Shown: positions 1-10,317 of the stretch, in pieces
Layout: each line of letters begins with the position of its first letter
Numbering within the stretch: the stretch's first letter is position 1
Source of the DNA: an uncultured Planctomycetaceae bacterium
Lineage (GTDB): Bacteria > Planctomycetota > Planctomycetia > Planctomycetales > Planctomycetaceae
Assembly: GCA_963815195.1 (NCBI GenBank)
Contig: CAWFGE010000007.1
Span: 160,001-224,000, forward strand
Reading direction: 5' to 3'
DNA: 64,000 bases
The notes under the pieces: model-generated
Told to the model about the DNA's origin: nothing
Seen by the model: only the letters and a program-made list of their open reading frames with translations
Database searches by the model: none
Position numbers and translations under genes: made by a program

Positions 1-122
1 CCCTGGCCATCATCTGGCACAATCGCCAAATCACCCGCAAGAAAGCCTTCATCCTCTGCGGGCTGTATTTAATCTTCATCGGCTATGCCGTGCTCGGGTC
101 CCTGGGCATCCTGTTTGATTAA
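1..122 (+). CDS. 3' end of a membrane protein, possibly a Ca2+/Na+ antiporter (partial)
   Basis: Frame from position 3 reads LAIIWHNRQITRKKAFILCGLYLIFIGYAVLGSLGILFD*, stop at 120-122; the final TM helix resembles CaCA-family C-termini. Confidence 0.45.
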   Translation, partial: LAIIWHNRQITRKKAFILCGLYLIFIGYAVLGSLGILFD

Positions 123-148
123 ACCCGCCGGAATTGAGATACTACGCT

Positions 149-303
149 GTGAGCGGAAGGGCGCTAGCCCCCGGTCTTTTCAAAGCAAAACTCATATTCC
201 AAGACCGGCGGCTAGCGCCGTGCCGTTCACGTTTTCCAAGACCGGCGGCTAGCGCCGTGCCGTTCACGTTTTCCAAGACCGGCGGCTAGCGCCGTGCCGC
301 TCA
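149..303. repeat. REP-like cluster (GCTAGCGC family): one inverted arm plus about 2.9 tandem 37-bp units
   Basis: TTCCAAGACCGGCGGCTAGCGCCGTGCCGTTCACGTT starts at 197, 234 and 271 (third copy partial); 149-178 is an imperfect reverse complement of the unit core. Confidence 0.9.
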
Positions 304-326
304 AAGCCCCCAACCCCTGCGGATGG

Positions 327-2555
327 ATGATGTCTTCAAAGCTCTCCACGCTCGCCGTTTGCGTATTTGTGTTTTCCGTCCCCGCGATGGCCGACGAAAA
401 ACCATCGCCGGCGGTCAGTTTTCAGAACGACGTGATGGCGGTGCTTTCCAAAGCCGGCTGCAACCTGGGCACCTGCCACGGGAACAAGAACGGCAAAGGC
501 GGGTTTCATCTGTCGCTCCGCGGCCAATCGCCGAGCGAAGACTTCTTCGCCCTCACGCACGATTATTCCGCCCGGCGGGTCAATCCGCTCCGGCCCGCGC
601 AAAGTTTGATCCTCTTAAAACCCACACTCGACGTGCCCCATGAAGGCGGCAAGCGGTTCGACGTGGGATCGCAGGAATACGAAATCTTGAAAACCTGGAT
701 CGCCGCGGGTTTGCCGGCCGATCCCGCCGATGTGCCCCGGCTGACCGACCTGATCGTCACGCCGAAAGAGCAAATCCTGTTCGATCCGGCCGACCGCGTC
801 CAGATCCACGCCGAGGCGGTGTTCTCCGATGACAGCCGGCGGGATGTGACGTCGCTCGCCGTTTACGAACCGGCTCATCCGTTTGTCACCCCGAAACCGA
901 ACGGGGAAATTCATCGCGAAGGGCACGGCGAAACGACGGTGACCGTGCGGTTCCTCGATCGGCAAGTCCCCGTGCGGTTGGCGTTCTTGCCGAGCCGGCC
1001 GGATTTTCAGTGGAAGGAGATTGCCCCCGCGAACGAGATCGACGAGTTCATCTTCGCCAAACTCCGCCGGTTGCGGATCAATCCCTCGCCGGTTTCAGGC
1101 GACACCGTTTTCCTGCGGCGGGCGTATTTGGATCTCACCGGCCGGATTCCCACGGCGGAAGAAGCCCGAACGTTCCTGGCGGACGAAGACACCGGAAAAC
1201 GTTCCAAGCTGATCGACGACCTGCTCCAGCGGCCGGACTTTGCGGATTTCTGGGCGCTCAAATGGTCGGACCTGTTGCGGAACGAAGAGAAAACCTTGGA
1301 CCGCAAGGGCGTGCAGAATTTTCATGCGTGGATTCGCAATTCGATCGCGCAGGGCAAGCCGCTGGATGCGTTCGCGCGGGAACTGATCGCCGCCCGCGGC
1401 AGCACGTACAAAAACCCGCCGGCGAATTATTACCGGGCGATGCGCGATCCGCTCACGCGGGCCGAGACGACGGCCCAGTTGTTTCTAGGCGTCAGGTTGC
1501 AATGCGCCAAATGCCACAATCATCCGTTCGACCGCTGGACGCAGGCCGACTATTACGGCTGGAGCAATCTGTTCGCCCGCGTGGATTACAAAATCCTCGA
1601 AAACAAACGCCGGGACAAAAACGACAAGCACGAGTTCGCCGGCGAGCAGATCGTGTTTATGGCCAAAGCCGGGGAAGTCAAAAATCCGCAAACGGGAAAT
1701 CCCGCGCCGCCCCAGTTCCTCGGTGCCCAAACCCTTGACGAAAAGGATGAAACCGATCGGCTGTTGGAGCTTTCGGAATGGCTCACGAGTTCCGGCAACG
1801 ACCGCTTCGCCCGCATGCAGGTCAACCGGATCTGGTATCACCTGATGGGCCGGGGTTTGATCGATCCGATCGATGATTTCCGCTCGACGAACCCGCCGAG
1901 CCATCCGGAATTGCTCGACTGGCTGGCGAAAGATTTCGTCGAGCATGGGTTTGATCTCCGGCATACGATTCGGCTCATCATGCAGTCGAAAACTTATCAG
2001 CTCGCCTCCGAACCCACCGCGGAGAACCGGGACGATTTGAATTTTTCGCACGCCCTGATCCGCCGATTGACGGCCGAGCAGATTTTGGATTCCTTGAGCC
2101 GAGTCGCCGGAACGCCGGTGGCCTTTAATGGGTATCCCAAGGACGTTCGCGCCGCCCAGATCCCGGGCGTGGAAGCCGTGCGTGCCCGCGATCAGAAGCC
2201 GAGCCTGGGCGATCAATTCTTAAAGCTATTCGGCAAGCCGCCCCGCCTGCAAAGCTGCGAATGCGAACGTTCCGAAGAGACGACCCTCAATCAGGCCTTT
2301 CAAATGGTGAGCGGTCCGCTGATCAACAATCTGCTCACTGAGCCGGAGAATCAACTCTCTAAACTCCTGGGCGAGTCGGATTCTGCCGCCGAGTGGGCGG
2401 ACGCTCTGTATTGGTCGGCCCTCAGCCGCGCCCCCACGGACCGCGAAAAAGAACTCGCCGTTCAAAACTTGAACCAGGCGAAGGACAAACGCGAAGCCCT
2501 CGAAGATTTGGCGTGGGCCTTATTGAACTCGCACGAGTTCATGCTCCGCAGGTAA
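327..2555 (+). CDS. DUF1549/DUF1553 (PSD1-type) planctomycete protein with signal peptide
   Basis: Signal peptide, GCNLGTCHG, FLRRAYLDLTGRIPT, QCAKCHNHPF, NRIWYHLMGRGL and PSHPELLDWLA motifs; ATG at 327/330 preferred over GTG 294, which lies in the repeat. Confidence 0.9.
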   Translation: MMSSKLSTLAVCVFVFSVPAMADEKPSPAVSFQNDVMAVLSKAGCNLGTCHGNKNGKGGFHLSLRGQSPSEDFFALTHDYSARRVNPLRPAQSLILLKPTLDVPHEGGKRFDVGSQEYEILKTWIAAGLPADPADVPRLTDLIVTPKEQILFDPADRVQIHAEAVFSDDSRRDVTSLAVYEPAHPFVTPKPNGEIHREGHGETTVTVRFLDRQVPVRLAFLPSRPDFQWKEIAPANEIDEFIFAKLRRLRINPSPVSGDTVFLRRAYLDLTGRIPTAEEARTFLADEDTGKRSKLIDDLLQRPDFADFWALKWSDLLRNEEKTLDRKGVQNFHAWIRNSIAQGKPLDAFARELIAARGSTYKNPPANYYRAMRDPLTRAETTAQLFLGVRLQCAKCHNHPFDRWTQADYYGWSNLFARVDYKILENKRRDKNDKHEFAGEQIVFMAKAGEVKNPQTGNPAPPQFLGAQTLDEKDETDRLLELSEWLTSSGNDRFARMQVNRIWYHLMGRGLIDPIDDFRSTNPPSHPELLDWLAKDFVEHGFDLRHTIRLIMQSKTYQLASEPTAENRDDLNFSHALIRRLTAEQILDSLSRVAGTPVAFNGYPKDVRAAQIPGVEAVRARDQKPSLGDQFLKLFGKPPRLQSCECERSEETTLNQAFQMVSGPLINNLLTEPENQLSKLLGESDSAAEWADALYWSALSRAPTDREKELAVQNLNQAKDKREALEDLAWALLNSHEFMLRR

Positions 2556-2669
2556 GTCGCTGATCGCTCCGCGATCGTAGCGGATTTCTCGTGCGACAAT
2601 GGAGGAAAGTGGCACTGGGATTGGAAATCGCCTCTTCACGCGCGACGTGCGCGGAGCGAACGGCGACAT

Positions 2670-3782
2670 TTACGGCTGCAGGGGTTCGAGGTCGAGATCG
2701 ACCGCGTTCCCCTGGAAGTCGATGTCTTCGGCGTGAAACAGCCCGTTGTTGAGGGATTTCTCCGGGTTTTGGACGTAGTCATTTAAGAACTCCGGCATCG
2801 GTTCTTGGCCCGTGCCGGATTTGCGGCTGGAACACACGAGGATGTGGTAGCGGCCGGGGCGGATCAAGCGGAGTTCAAACCGGCCCTCTTTGCCGGCGGG
2901 GACGGCGTTGCCCCCCAAGAGCCGCAGCGCTTGGGTCAAGGTCTTCCGATCCGCAGCCGCGAACCATTCGGCGGGGATTTGTTCCTCGCCCGCAGGATTT
3001 TGCGGAAACGCATAGATCCAGGCGTTTTCATCGGACGCGATGGCGCTTCCCGCCTGGCCGGTGCTGGTTTTCACGGCGCCGCGAACGGCGGGGCGGCCGA
3101 GGCGGAGCATGGGATCGACCGGCTGCGGCCCCGGTGTCGGCGAGCCGGCGGATTGCCCGGGGTTCGTTTCGGGCGAGGAGTTTTCCGAGTGATTCTTTCC
3201 GTCCCAGCGCCCCACGGCAAAGCCGACGGCAATCGCCACGAATCCGACCATGAGAAACGCCAGCCAAAGTCTCCAGGGCAGTTCGTTGGTCCAAGCGAAC
3301 TGGCCGAACGGGGGCGGGATGGTTGGCCGCGAAGGAGCGTCGGGAGATTCCGACTGGGCGAGGGTCGCCAACTCCGCGAGCGCCGAGTGGGCGCAGAGCG
3401 TTTCCTCGTCTTCATCCACGGGAGGTTCGCTCGGCGGTTCGATGGGTTCGGCCGGCGGTTGCGGGTCGGCGGGGATGACCTTGGGCGGCGGGGCGTGCAC
3501 TTCGCGGGTCTCCCGCACATCGCCCGAGCGCTGATACCGGGGCGGAAGCTCGGGCAACGCCACCGAGGACGATTGGGCGATCGCGGCCACTTCGTTCAAA
3601 GCTTTCGCGAGCTGCGAGTCCTCGTGGTCCAAGGCCGGCACCCCCACCCGCTCGGCCTGGCCGTCTTTCTGCGGAACCTTGACCGATCGCCCGCACGTCG
3701 GACAATCCACGACCATTCCCGCCTTGGAATGCGAGATGCCTAGATATTGTCCGCAATGGATGCAACGAAATTTAATTGGCAT
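2670..3782 (-). CDS. Hypothetical membrane protein with N-terminal zinc ribbon and Pro-rich linker
   Basis: MPIKFRCIHCG...CPTCG, Pro-rich region, one TM helix, extracytoplasmic beta-domain. Confidence 0.75.
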   Translation of the reverse strand: MPIKFRCIHCGQYLGISHSKAGMVVDCPTCGRSVKVPQKDGQAERVGVPALDHEDSQLAKALNEVAAIAQSSSVALPELPPRYQRSGDVRETREVHAPPPKVIPADPQPPAEPIEPPSEPPVDEDEETLCAHSALAELATLAQSESPDAPSRPTIPPPFGQFAWTNELPWRLWLAFLMVGFVAIAVGFAVGRWDGKNHSENSSPETNPGQSAGSPTPGPQPVDPMLRLGRPAVRGAVKTSTGQAGSAIASDENAWIYAFPQNPAGEEQIPAEWFAAADRKTLTQALRLLGGNAVPAGKEGRFELRLIRPGRYHILVCSSRKSGTGQEPMPEFLNDYVQNPEKSLNNGLFHAEDIDFQGNAVDLDLEPLQP

Positions 3783-3849
3783 GATTCAGAACGGGAAACG
3801 GGAATCTCGGAACGCTAAGAACCATTCGAGAAACAACCGTCCAATTATC

Positions 3850-3910
3850 AGCCGGAACGCGCTAGCGTCCGGTTCTTCCCATGAACCGGGGCTAGCGCCC
3901 TGCGGCTAAT
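3850..3910. repeat. REP-like inverted doublet (GCTAGCGC family)
   Basis: AGCCGGAACGCGCTAGCGTCCGGTTC followed by GAACCGGGGCTAGCGCCCTGCGGCTAAT. Confidence 0.85.
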
Positions 3911-3938
3911 AAATGCGACAATTATTGATCGAGCGATC

Positions 3939-4178
3939 CTAATCTTGTCTTTCGTCCTCCAGATGCATCATACATGTGGTCAGCAATCCGATCCAGGCGA
4001 TGGCGTTTACGCCCCAGCAGGCGGCGAGTCCCCAGAACACGCCCAGGCAGAATCTCGCTCCCGCTACATCGCCCAACGCGGACAATCCGCTCCACAGGCT
4101 GCCGAAGATGGCACAGCCCAACGCCAACACCGCCGCCAACCAAACGCAGCGGATGATCCTTTCCCGCGTGTGCTCCAT
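3939..4178 (-). CDS. Small two-TM hypothetical protein
   Basis: GGAGG RBS before ATG 4178; two hydrophobic segments. Confidence 0.6.
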   Translation of the reverse strand: MEHTRERIIRCVWLAAVLALGCAIFGSLWSGLSALGDVAGARFCLGVFWGLAACWGVNAIAWIGLLTTCMMHLEDERQD

Positions 4179-4335
4179 TGCGATCGGCCTCCTTGCCAAA
4201 ACGATTTCGTGACAGTTTCCATGCAGGAATCCGGAAGAAAAAACTTTTCACGGATTCTGTTTAGACTCTGATTATTGTACAATAAAGGAGAGATTCACCC
4301 ATTCCAATTTTTTGGGAAAGTTTCCTGATTTTGCG

Positions 4336-5700
4336 ATGAACGCGTCCGATTTTCTCAGGCGGGAGATCAACCGCCGGCAATTTTTAGGCTCCTCGGCGAA
4401 AAACGCCGCCGGAGTGGCGGCGGGTTTGGTCGGCGTGGGCCTCGCGGCGCAGGCGGCCCACGCCGCCCCTAATGAACGCGTGAACCTTGGGGTCATCGGC
4501 GTTCGCGGGCAGGGAAAAGCGCTGGCGGAGAGCTTTGCGGCGCTTCCGGATGCCGAGGTCGTGGCGGTTTGCGATATTGACGAAACCATCGCCCGCGAAA
4601 CGGCGAATACGGTTGCGGAAATCCAGGGCCGGGCACCGAAGCGCGTGCACGATTTCCGCAAGGTCTTGGACGATCCCCGGGTGGATGCGGTCGTGATCGC
4701 GACGCCGGACCATTGGCACGCCCTGATGATGATCCTCGCCTGCCAGGCCGGGAAAGATGTGTATATTGAAAAGCCGGTTTCGCATAACTTGGCGGAAGGC
4801 GAACGCATGCTCGCCGCGGCCCGGCACACGGGGCGGATCGTGCAATGCGGCCTCCAACAGCGGAGCCAGTCGCATTTCCGCTCGGCGATCGAGTTCGTGC
4901 AGAGCGGAAAACTCGGTCAGGTCCCGCTCGCCAAGGCGTGGTGCGTCAACCGCCGAAAGTCGATCGGCTTCAAGTCCGAATGCGAAGTGCCGCCGGGCGT
5001 CGATTACAATCTCTGGCTCGGCCCCGCGCCCGAGCGACAGTTCCAGCCGAATCGCTTTCATCACAACTGGCATTGGTTCTGGGATTATGGCACGGGCGAA
5101 TTGGGCAACTGGGGCGTGCACATGGTCGATGTCGCCCGCTGGGGCCTGGGCGTCGATTGGCCGGAGCAAGTGACCGCGAGCGGCGGCAAGCACGCTTTTT
5201 ACGACGACCAGGAAACGCCGGACACGTTGTTCGTCAACTACCACTTCCAGCCCGCGGCCAAAACCCAGAGACCCCAACACATCGCCGCCCCCAAAACGAT
5301 CGTCTGGGAACATCGCCTGTGGAGCCATCACGGCATCGAAGGCCGGAGCACCGCGGTTGCATTCTACGGCGAGCGCGGCACGCTGATTCTCGATCGCGGC
5401 GGCTGGAAAGTTTACGGCACGCGGGAAGCCCCTTCCTCCGAACCGGGCGACGGGCTCACACCGCACCTCCGGAATTTTATTGACGCCATCAAAGGCCAGG
5501 CCCCGCTCGCCTGCAATTTGGCGGCCGGTCACATGAGCTCGGGGCTTTGTCACCTCGGCAACATCGCCTACCGCACCAGCGGCCATCTGGCGGTGGACGC
5601 TCGGCGGCCGGACTTCGGATTGACAGGCGACGCCTTGAACCTCATCAGCCGCGAATACCGTTCCCCGTGGCAGTTGCCCGATCTCTCACCCAAAAGTTAA
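4336..5700 (+). CDS. Tat-exported Gfo/Idh/MocA family oxidoreductase
   Basis: NRRQFL twin-arginine motif, GVIGVRGQG, ATPDHWH, KDVYIEKP. Confidence 0.92.
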   Translation: MNASDFLRREINRRQFLGSSAKNAAGVAAGLVGVGLAAQAAHAAPNERVNLGVIGVRGQGKALAESFAALPDAEVVAVCDIDETIARETANTVAEIQGRAPKRVHDFRKVLDDPRVDAVVIATPDHWHALMMILACQAGKDVYIEKPVSHNLAEGERMLAAARHTGRIVQCGLQQRSQSHFRSAIEFVQSGKLGQVPLAKAWCVNRRKSIGFKSECEVPPGVDYNLWLGPAPERQFQPNRFHHNWHWFWDYGTGELGNWGVHMVDVARWGLGVDWPEQVTASGGKHAFYDDQETPDTLFVNYHFQPAAKTQRPQHIAAPKTIVWEHRLWSHHGIEGRSTAVAFYGERGTLILDRGGWKVYGTREAPSSEPGDGLTPHLRNFIDAIKGQAPLACNLAAGHMSSGLCHLGNIAYRTSGHLAVDARRPDFGLTGDALNLISREYRSPWQLPDLSPKS

Positions 5701-5740
5701 CCGCCTCGAGGAAATGCACCAAGAAGGGATGCCGGGTGCC

Positions 5741-7345
5741 ATGTATGATTGTATTGTGATCGGGGCGGGACATAACGGGCTGGTCTGTGCCAATTACCTG
5801 GCGGCGGCCGGTTGGAAAGTCCTGGTGCTCGAACGCCGGCATGTGTTGGGCGGGGCCTGTGTGACGGAGGAACTCTGGCCGGGCTACAAAGTCTCGACCG
5901 CGGCTTATGTCGTCAGCCTTTTGCTCCCCGAGATCGAACGCGACCTGGACCTGGCCCGGCACGGCTACCGCGTGCTGCCTCGAAATCCCTCGTCGTTCAC
6001 GCCGCTCGAAAACGGGCAATCTCTCTTATTGGGCCGGGACCGCGAGTTCAATCAACAAGAGATCGCGAAGTTCTCGGAAAAAGACGCCGGCGCCTTTCCG
6101 CAATATGAAGCCTTGTTGGAACGCATCGCCGAGGTTTTGGAACCGACGCTCAGCGACACGCCGCCGGACTTTTTGCCGCTGCCCAAGTCCTGGCGGCCGC
6201 CTTCGTGGAAACGGCGGTTCCGCGACCTGAAGCGGGGCTTGAAGTTGACCCGCGCTCTCAAAAAGCTGGGCAGCGATTTGCCGGAGGCGATCGAAATCCT
6301 CACCGGCTCCGCCCGCACGATTTTGGACCGCTGGTTCGAATCGGACGTTTTGAAAGCCACGCTCGCGACCGATGCCGTCATCGGCACCTTCCAGCCGATT
6401 TCCGCGCCGGGAACCGCGTATGTGCTTTTGCATCACGTGATGGGCTCCGCCGGCGGCGCGCGGGGCGTGTGGGGCTATGTGGAAGGTGGGATGGGAGCGC
6501 TCTCGAATGCCCTGGCGAAGTCGGCCCGCGAACGGGGCGTGGAAATCCGCACCGAAACGCCCGTCGAGGAAATCTGCGTCGCCGGCGGCCGGGTCGCGGG
6601 CGTTCGCATCGCTGGCGGAGAAGTCCTCCCGGCCCGAAACGTGGCATCCAATGTGGATCCGCACTTAACCTTCGAGCGTTTGTTGAACTCCGAGCATCTG
6701 CCGGAGAATTTCCGCAAAGCCGTCGCGAGGATCGATTACGCGAGCGCCAGCTTGAAGATCAATCTCGGCGTGAAAGAACTCCCCAACTTCACTTGCCTGC
6801 CGAATACCGATTCCGAACCGCAGCCGCATCACCGCGGGACGATTCACATCGGGGCGAGCAGCGAGTATCTGGAGCGGGCTTACGATGATGCCAAGTACGG
6901 CCGGCCGTCCTCGCGTCCGATTGTGGAGATGACGATTCCCTCCGCGGTGGACCGCACGATCAGTCCGGACGGCGAGCACATTCTTTCGCTGTTCGTGCAG
7001 TATGCGCCGTATCATCTGGCCGAGGGAAATTGGGACGACATCAAGGAATCGTTCGCGGACCGTTGCCTGGAAGAAGTCGCCCGCTACGCCCCGAACGTGC
7101 CGGGCTCGGTGCTGTATCGGCAGGTGCTTTCGCCGGTGGATTTGGAGCGGACCTTCGGGCTCACGGGCGGAAACATCTTTCAAGGGGCGATGCCACTGCA
7201 TCAGTTGTTCAATCTCCGCCCCGTGCCCGGCTGGAGCGACTACCGCACGCCCATCGAAGGCCTGTTCCTCTGCGGGAGCGCGGCCCATCCCGGCGGCGGC
7301 GTGATGGGCGCCTGCGGCAAAAACGCCGCCCACGAAATGCTTTAA
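5741..7345 (+). CDS. Phytoene desaturase family FAD-dependent oxidoreductase
   Basis: IVIGAGHNGL dinucleotide-binding motif; C-terminal GLFLCGSAAHPGGGVMG. Confidence 0.9.
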   Translation: MYDCIVIGAGHNGLVCANYLAAAGWKVLVLERRHVLGGACVTEELWPGYKVSTAAYVVSLLLPEIERDLDLARHGYRVLPRNPSSFTPLENGQSLLLGRDREFNQQEIAKFSEKDAGAFPQYEALLERIAEVLEPTLSDTPPDFLPLPKSWRPPSWKRRFRDLKRGLKLTRALKKLGSDLPEAIEILTGSARTILDRWFESDVLKATLATDAVIGTFQPISAPGTAYVLLHHVMGSAGGARGVWGYVEGGMGALSNALAKSARERGVEIRTETPVEEICVAGGRVAGVRIAGGEVLPARNVASNVDPHLTFERLLNSEHLPENFRKAVARIDYASASLKINLGVKELPNFTCLPNTDSEPQPHHRGTIHIGASSEYLERAYDDAKYGRPSSRPIVEMTIPSAVDRTISPDGEHILSLFVQYAPYHLAEGNWDDIKESFADRCLEEVARYAPNVPGSVLYRQVLSPVDLERTFGLTGGNIFQGAMPLHQLFNLRPVPGWSDYRTPIEGLFLCGSAAHPGGGVMGACGKNAAHEML

Positions 7346-7581
7346 ACCGGTGGCGCCGCCAATTCAAAAAACCGAAGCCGCGAAACCCTTTTTCTCCGCG
7401 GATTCGGTCCTGTTGATCGCTTTCTCTTAAGCCGGTTTTTGTAAGCGGCTGGGCGCTACCACCTAACACCGTGCCGCTCGGGCCCGACGCAAAAAGCCTC
7501 CGATGGGCAAATGCCAATCGGAGGCCGGGCTGCGGGGAATGTTGTTTGGTTTTGCTTTATGGGTTTGATTTTCCCAGACGA

Positions 7582-7812
7582 TCAGGCGGCGTCGGAAAAC
7601 GGCAGAATCGATTGGTCCTCGTCTTCCGCGTCTTCGTAAACCAACGCGTATACGTTGTTGATCGCTTCATCCAAATACGCTTGGATGTTCAGGCTTTCCA
7701 CCGTATCTCGCAATTCTTCCAACGAGGCGCACACGCGGTCCACTTCGTCATAAGAGATTTCTTCATATTCGGTTTCGTCTGTGGGATTCGGGGGCAGTTG
7801 TTCGTCCGCCAT
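7582..7812 (-). CDS. Small acidic hypothetical protein
   Basis: 76-aa ORF, purine-rich RBS, D/E-rich. Confidence 0.7.
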   Translation of the reverse strand: MADEQLPPNPTDETEYEEISYDEVDRVCASLEELRDTVESLNIQAYLDEAINNVYALVYEDAEDEDQSILPFSDAA

Positions 7813-8026
7813 GACTGCTTCCTTCCACTCTGAGAATCAAAGGGACACGACCAGAACCACATATCGGCCGGCAGCGCGGGAATTCCTCACCCCACCTGCC
7901 CGCGTCCGCAGAGTTTTCCCAGTTTGAAATAACGTTCCCAAAAACCCCGCCTTGAGACGCCGGGGCGCAAAAAAACGGCAGCGGAAAGCCTCTGCTCTCC
8001 GTTGCCGTTCATCCGGTGATTTCAGG

Positions 8027-8093
8027 GAACCGGGGCTAGCGCCCTGCGGCAAATGAGGAATCATCAGCCGCAGCAGGATGGCGTCCGGTTCAT
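8027..8093. repeat. REP-like element (GCTAGCGC family) with degenerate partner
   Basis: GAACCGGGGCTAGCGCCCTGCGGC at 8027-8050; decayed opposite arm at about 8065-8093. Confidence 0.75.
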
Positions 8094-8099
8094 CGGTCG

Positions 8100-8621
8100 T
8101 TAATTGCCCAGCGCTTCCCGGAAGGTGAAGGTGTGCAGCGGGGCCAAGGGAATGGGGGTGATGGCGCGGTTGGTGTCGTTATACGGGAAACCATACGCGG
8201 CCACTTTTCCGCTGGTCAATTCGCCGATGTAGATCACGCCCGTGGCCATCGTGAGCCGGCCTTGGCTGGGAAGCTGGGCGTTTCCGGTGACGAAGGCATA
8301 ATGCGGCGTGGCGGCCGGGTCCACGGAAAAGTCGGCGGCGATATTCCGATAATAAAAGTTCGTGAACTTGCCCGTCTTGCCCAGAACCGCCCCTTTGAGC
8401 TGCCCGGTCAGAAAGTCCAGAACGAACACGCCTTCCAAGTGGTCGCGGACGCCCCCGAAGGTCACGTCTTTCACCGGCACCGTCACCATCGCAAACTTGT
8501 CGTCCCGATCGGAAACCCCCGCGTGCATAGGTTCTTGCGGCCAAAACCACGACACGGCCACGCCCACCGCCACACCCGCCATTAACCACAAATACCGATT
8601 TCCAGATTGCAATGAAGTCAC
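8100..8621 (-). CDS. Exported or membrane-anchored hypothetical protein
   Basis: GGAGG RBS before GTG 8621; N-terminal hydrophobic helix. Confidence 0.7.
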   Translation of the reverse strand: MTSLQSGNRYLWLMAGVAVGVAVSWFWPQEPMHAGVSDRDDKFAMVTVPVKDVTFGGVRDHLEGVFVLDFLTGQLKGAVLGKTGKFTNFYYRNIAADFSVDPAATPHYAFVTGNAQLPSQGRLTMATGVIYIGELTSGKVAAYGFPYNDTNRAITPIPLAPLHTFTFREALGN

Positions 8622-8836
8622 CGCAAATCCCTCCAAATGTGTTTCGAGAAAAAGCCATCCCGCAGGTGGGGCGAAGCAAGTCGATTCCCCACCTGACGAT
8701 ACCAAAATCCGACCCAAACCACCAGAGGCATTTTGCACAGGTTAAAGAGTTGAGTTTCGCCGTTCCCGTGCGTCGCGCGAATCTGCGATAGACTGATGTG
8801 CCAACCGATTTTCTATCCAAACTTGGGGGAGACGTC

Positions 8837-10213
8837 ATGTTGCGATTTGCCGCTGTGTGGGCCGTCCTGTTTTGGATGATCGTCGGCACGTCCGCCGCGC
8901 GGGGCGAGACCGCCCGTTCCGAATTTCGCCTGGCCGTGTTTTCAACCGACGTGACGATTCCCCTCGGGCATCGCTGCATGGGCATCTTGCCGACGAAGGC
9001 CAAGGTCATCGAAGACCCCTTGGAGGCGCGCGGCTTCGTGCTGCTCGGCCCGGATAAGCCGCTGGTGCTCTGCGCCCTCGATTGGTGCGAAGTGCGAAAC
9101 GGCGCCTACGACGAATGGCGGGATGCGCTCGCCCAGGCGGCGGGAACAACCCGCGAACGGGTGCTCGTCAGTTGCCTGCATCAGCACGATGCCCCCGTCG
9201 CGGACAGCGGGGCCCAGAAACTTTTGGATCAAGTCGGCCTGAAGAAAGAACTCTACAATCCCGAGTTTCATGCCGAGTGCATCCGGCGAACGACGCTGGC
9301 TCTCAAAGAGAGTCTCGAGTCGGCCCGCCCCGTCACGCATTTGGGCCTCGGGCAAGCCAAAGCCCTAAAGGTCGCGTCCAATCGCCGGGTCGTCGCGGAG
9401 GACGGCCGCGTAGATTACAACCGCTATAGCCGGTCCGGCGGCGATCCCTTTCACAGCCAGGCTGCCGACGGTTTGATCGATCCCTACCTCAAGACGATCA
9501 GCTTTTGGAACGGCGACGAGCCTCTGCTCGCGCTCTCCGCGTATGCCACGCATCCCATGAGTTATTACGGCCGAGGCGGAGTGAGCGCGGATTTTGTCGG
9601 CCTCGCCCGCCGGCGCGGGCAGCGGGAGCATCCCAAGGTCTTTCAGATCTACGTCACGGGTTGCAGCGGCAATATCACCGCCGGCAAATACAACGACGGC
9701 TCCCCCGCGATGCGGCCGCTGTTGGCCGAGCGGATCTATCGCGCAATGAAACAAGCCTGGACCGACACGAAACGGCAACCGCTCGAGACCGTCAACTTTC
9801 GCAGCGCAAAACTCGATCTGCCCTTCCACGACGGCCCCGACTTCACTCGCGAGGCCCTGACGAAAACCCTGAATGACCCGAAGGCCAAAACGGAAGACCG
9901 CATCCTGGCCGCGATGAGCCTCAGCAGCCGAGACCGCATCGACCGCGGGGAAAAGATCGATCTGCCCTGTATCGACTTCGGTCCGGCTCAAATCGTCGTC
10001 TTCCCCGGCGAAGCTTTTGTGGGCTATCAACTGCTCGCCCAAAAGCTCCGGCCCGATTCGTTCGTCCTCTCCATAGGCTACGGGGAATGCTGGCCCGGTT
10101 ATATCCCCACCAAATCCGCGTTTGCAGACGGCTTCAACCACGACTGGCGCTGGGTCGCCCCCGGCTGCGAAGAAAAAATCCAAAACGCCCTCAAGGAAGT
10201 GCTTAAGCCATAG
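8837..10213 (+). CDS. Secreted neutral/alkaline ceramidase-like hydrolase
   Basis: Signal peptide, DVTIPLG, DPLEARG, HQHDAP, YATHP, GCSGNI and FPGEAF motifs. Confidence 0.7.
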   Translation: MLRFAAVWAVLFWMIVGTSAARGETARSEFRLAVFSTDVTIPLGHRCMGILPTKAKVIEDPLEARGFVLLGPDKPLVLCALDWCEVRNGAYDEWRDALAQAAGTTRERVLVSCLHQHDAPVADSGAQKLLDQVGLKKELYNPEFHAECIRRTTLALKESLESARPVTHLGLGQAKALKVASNRRVVAEDGRVDYNRYSRSGGDPFHSQAADGLIDPYLKTISFWNGDEPLLALSAYATHPMSYYGRGGVSADFVGLARRRGQREHPKVFQIYVTGCSGNITAGKYNDGSPAMRPLLAERIYRAMKQAWTDTKRQPLETVNFRSAKLDLPFHDGPDFTREALTKTLNDPKAKTEDRILAAMSLSSRDRIDRGEKIDLPCIDFGPAQIVVFPGEAFVGYQLLAQKLRPDSFVLSIGYGECWPGYIPTKSAFADGFNHDWRWVAPGCEEKIQNALKEVLKP

Positions 10214-10243
10214 ACGACAAAGGATGGCAATGCGACGATAAAC

Positions 10244-10299
10244 AGCCGCGCACACAGTAAGCGGTCAATCATTGGCTCCCGCTTACGGCTTGCGAGGCT
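10244..10299. repeat. Degenerate REP-like doublet (GCCGCGCACGAAGTAAGCGG family) between convergent genes
   Basis: AGCCGCGCACACAGTAAGCGG ... CCGCTTACGGCTTGCGAGGCT. Confidence 0.65.
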
Positions 10300-10317
10300 C
10301 TTTTCCACGAGCGATCC

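Noticed and set aside
197..303. 37-bp repeats as a CRISPR array
   Set aside because: Units are directly adjacent with no spacers, no cas genes are present, and the core matches a dispersed REP-like family
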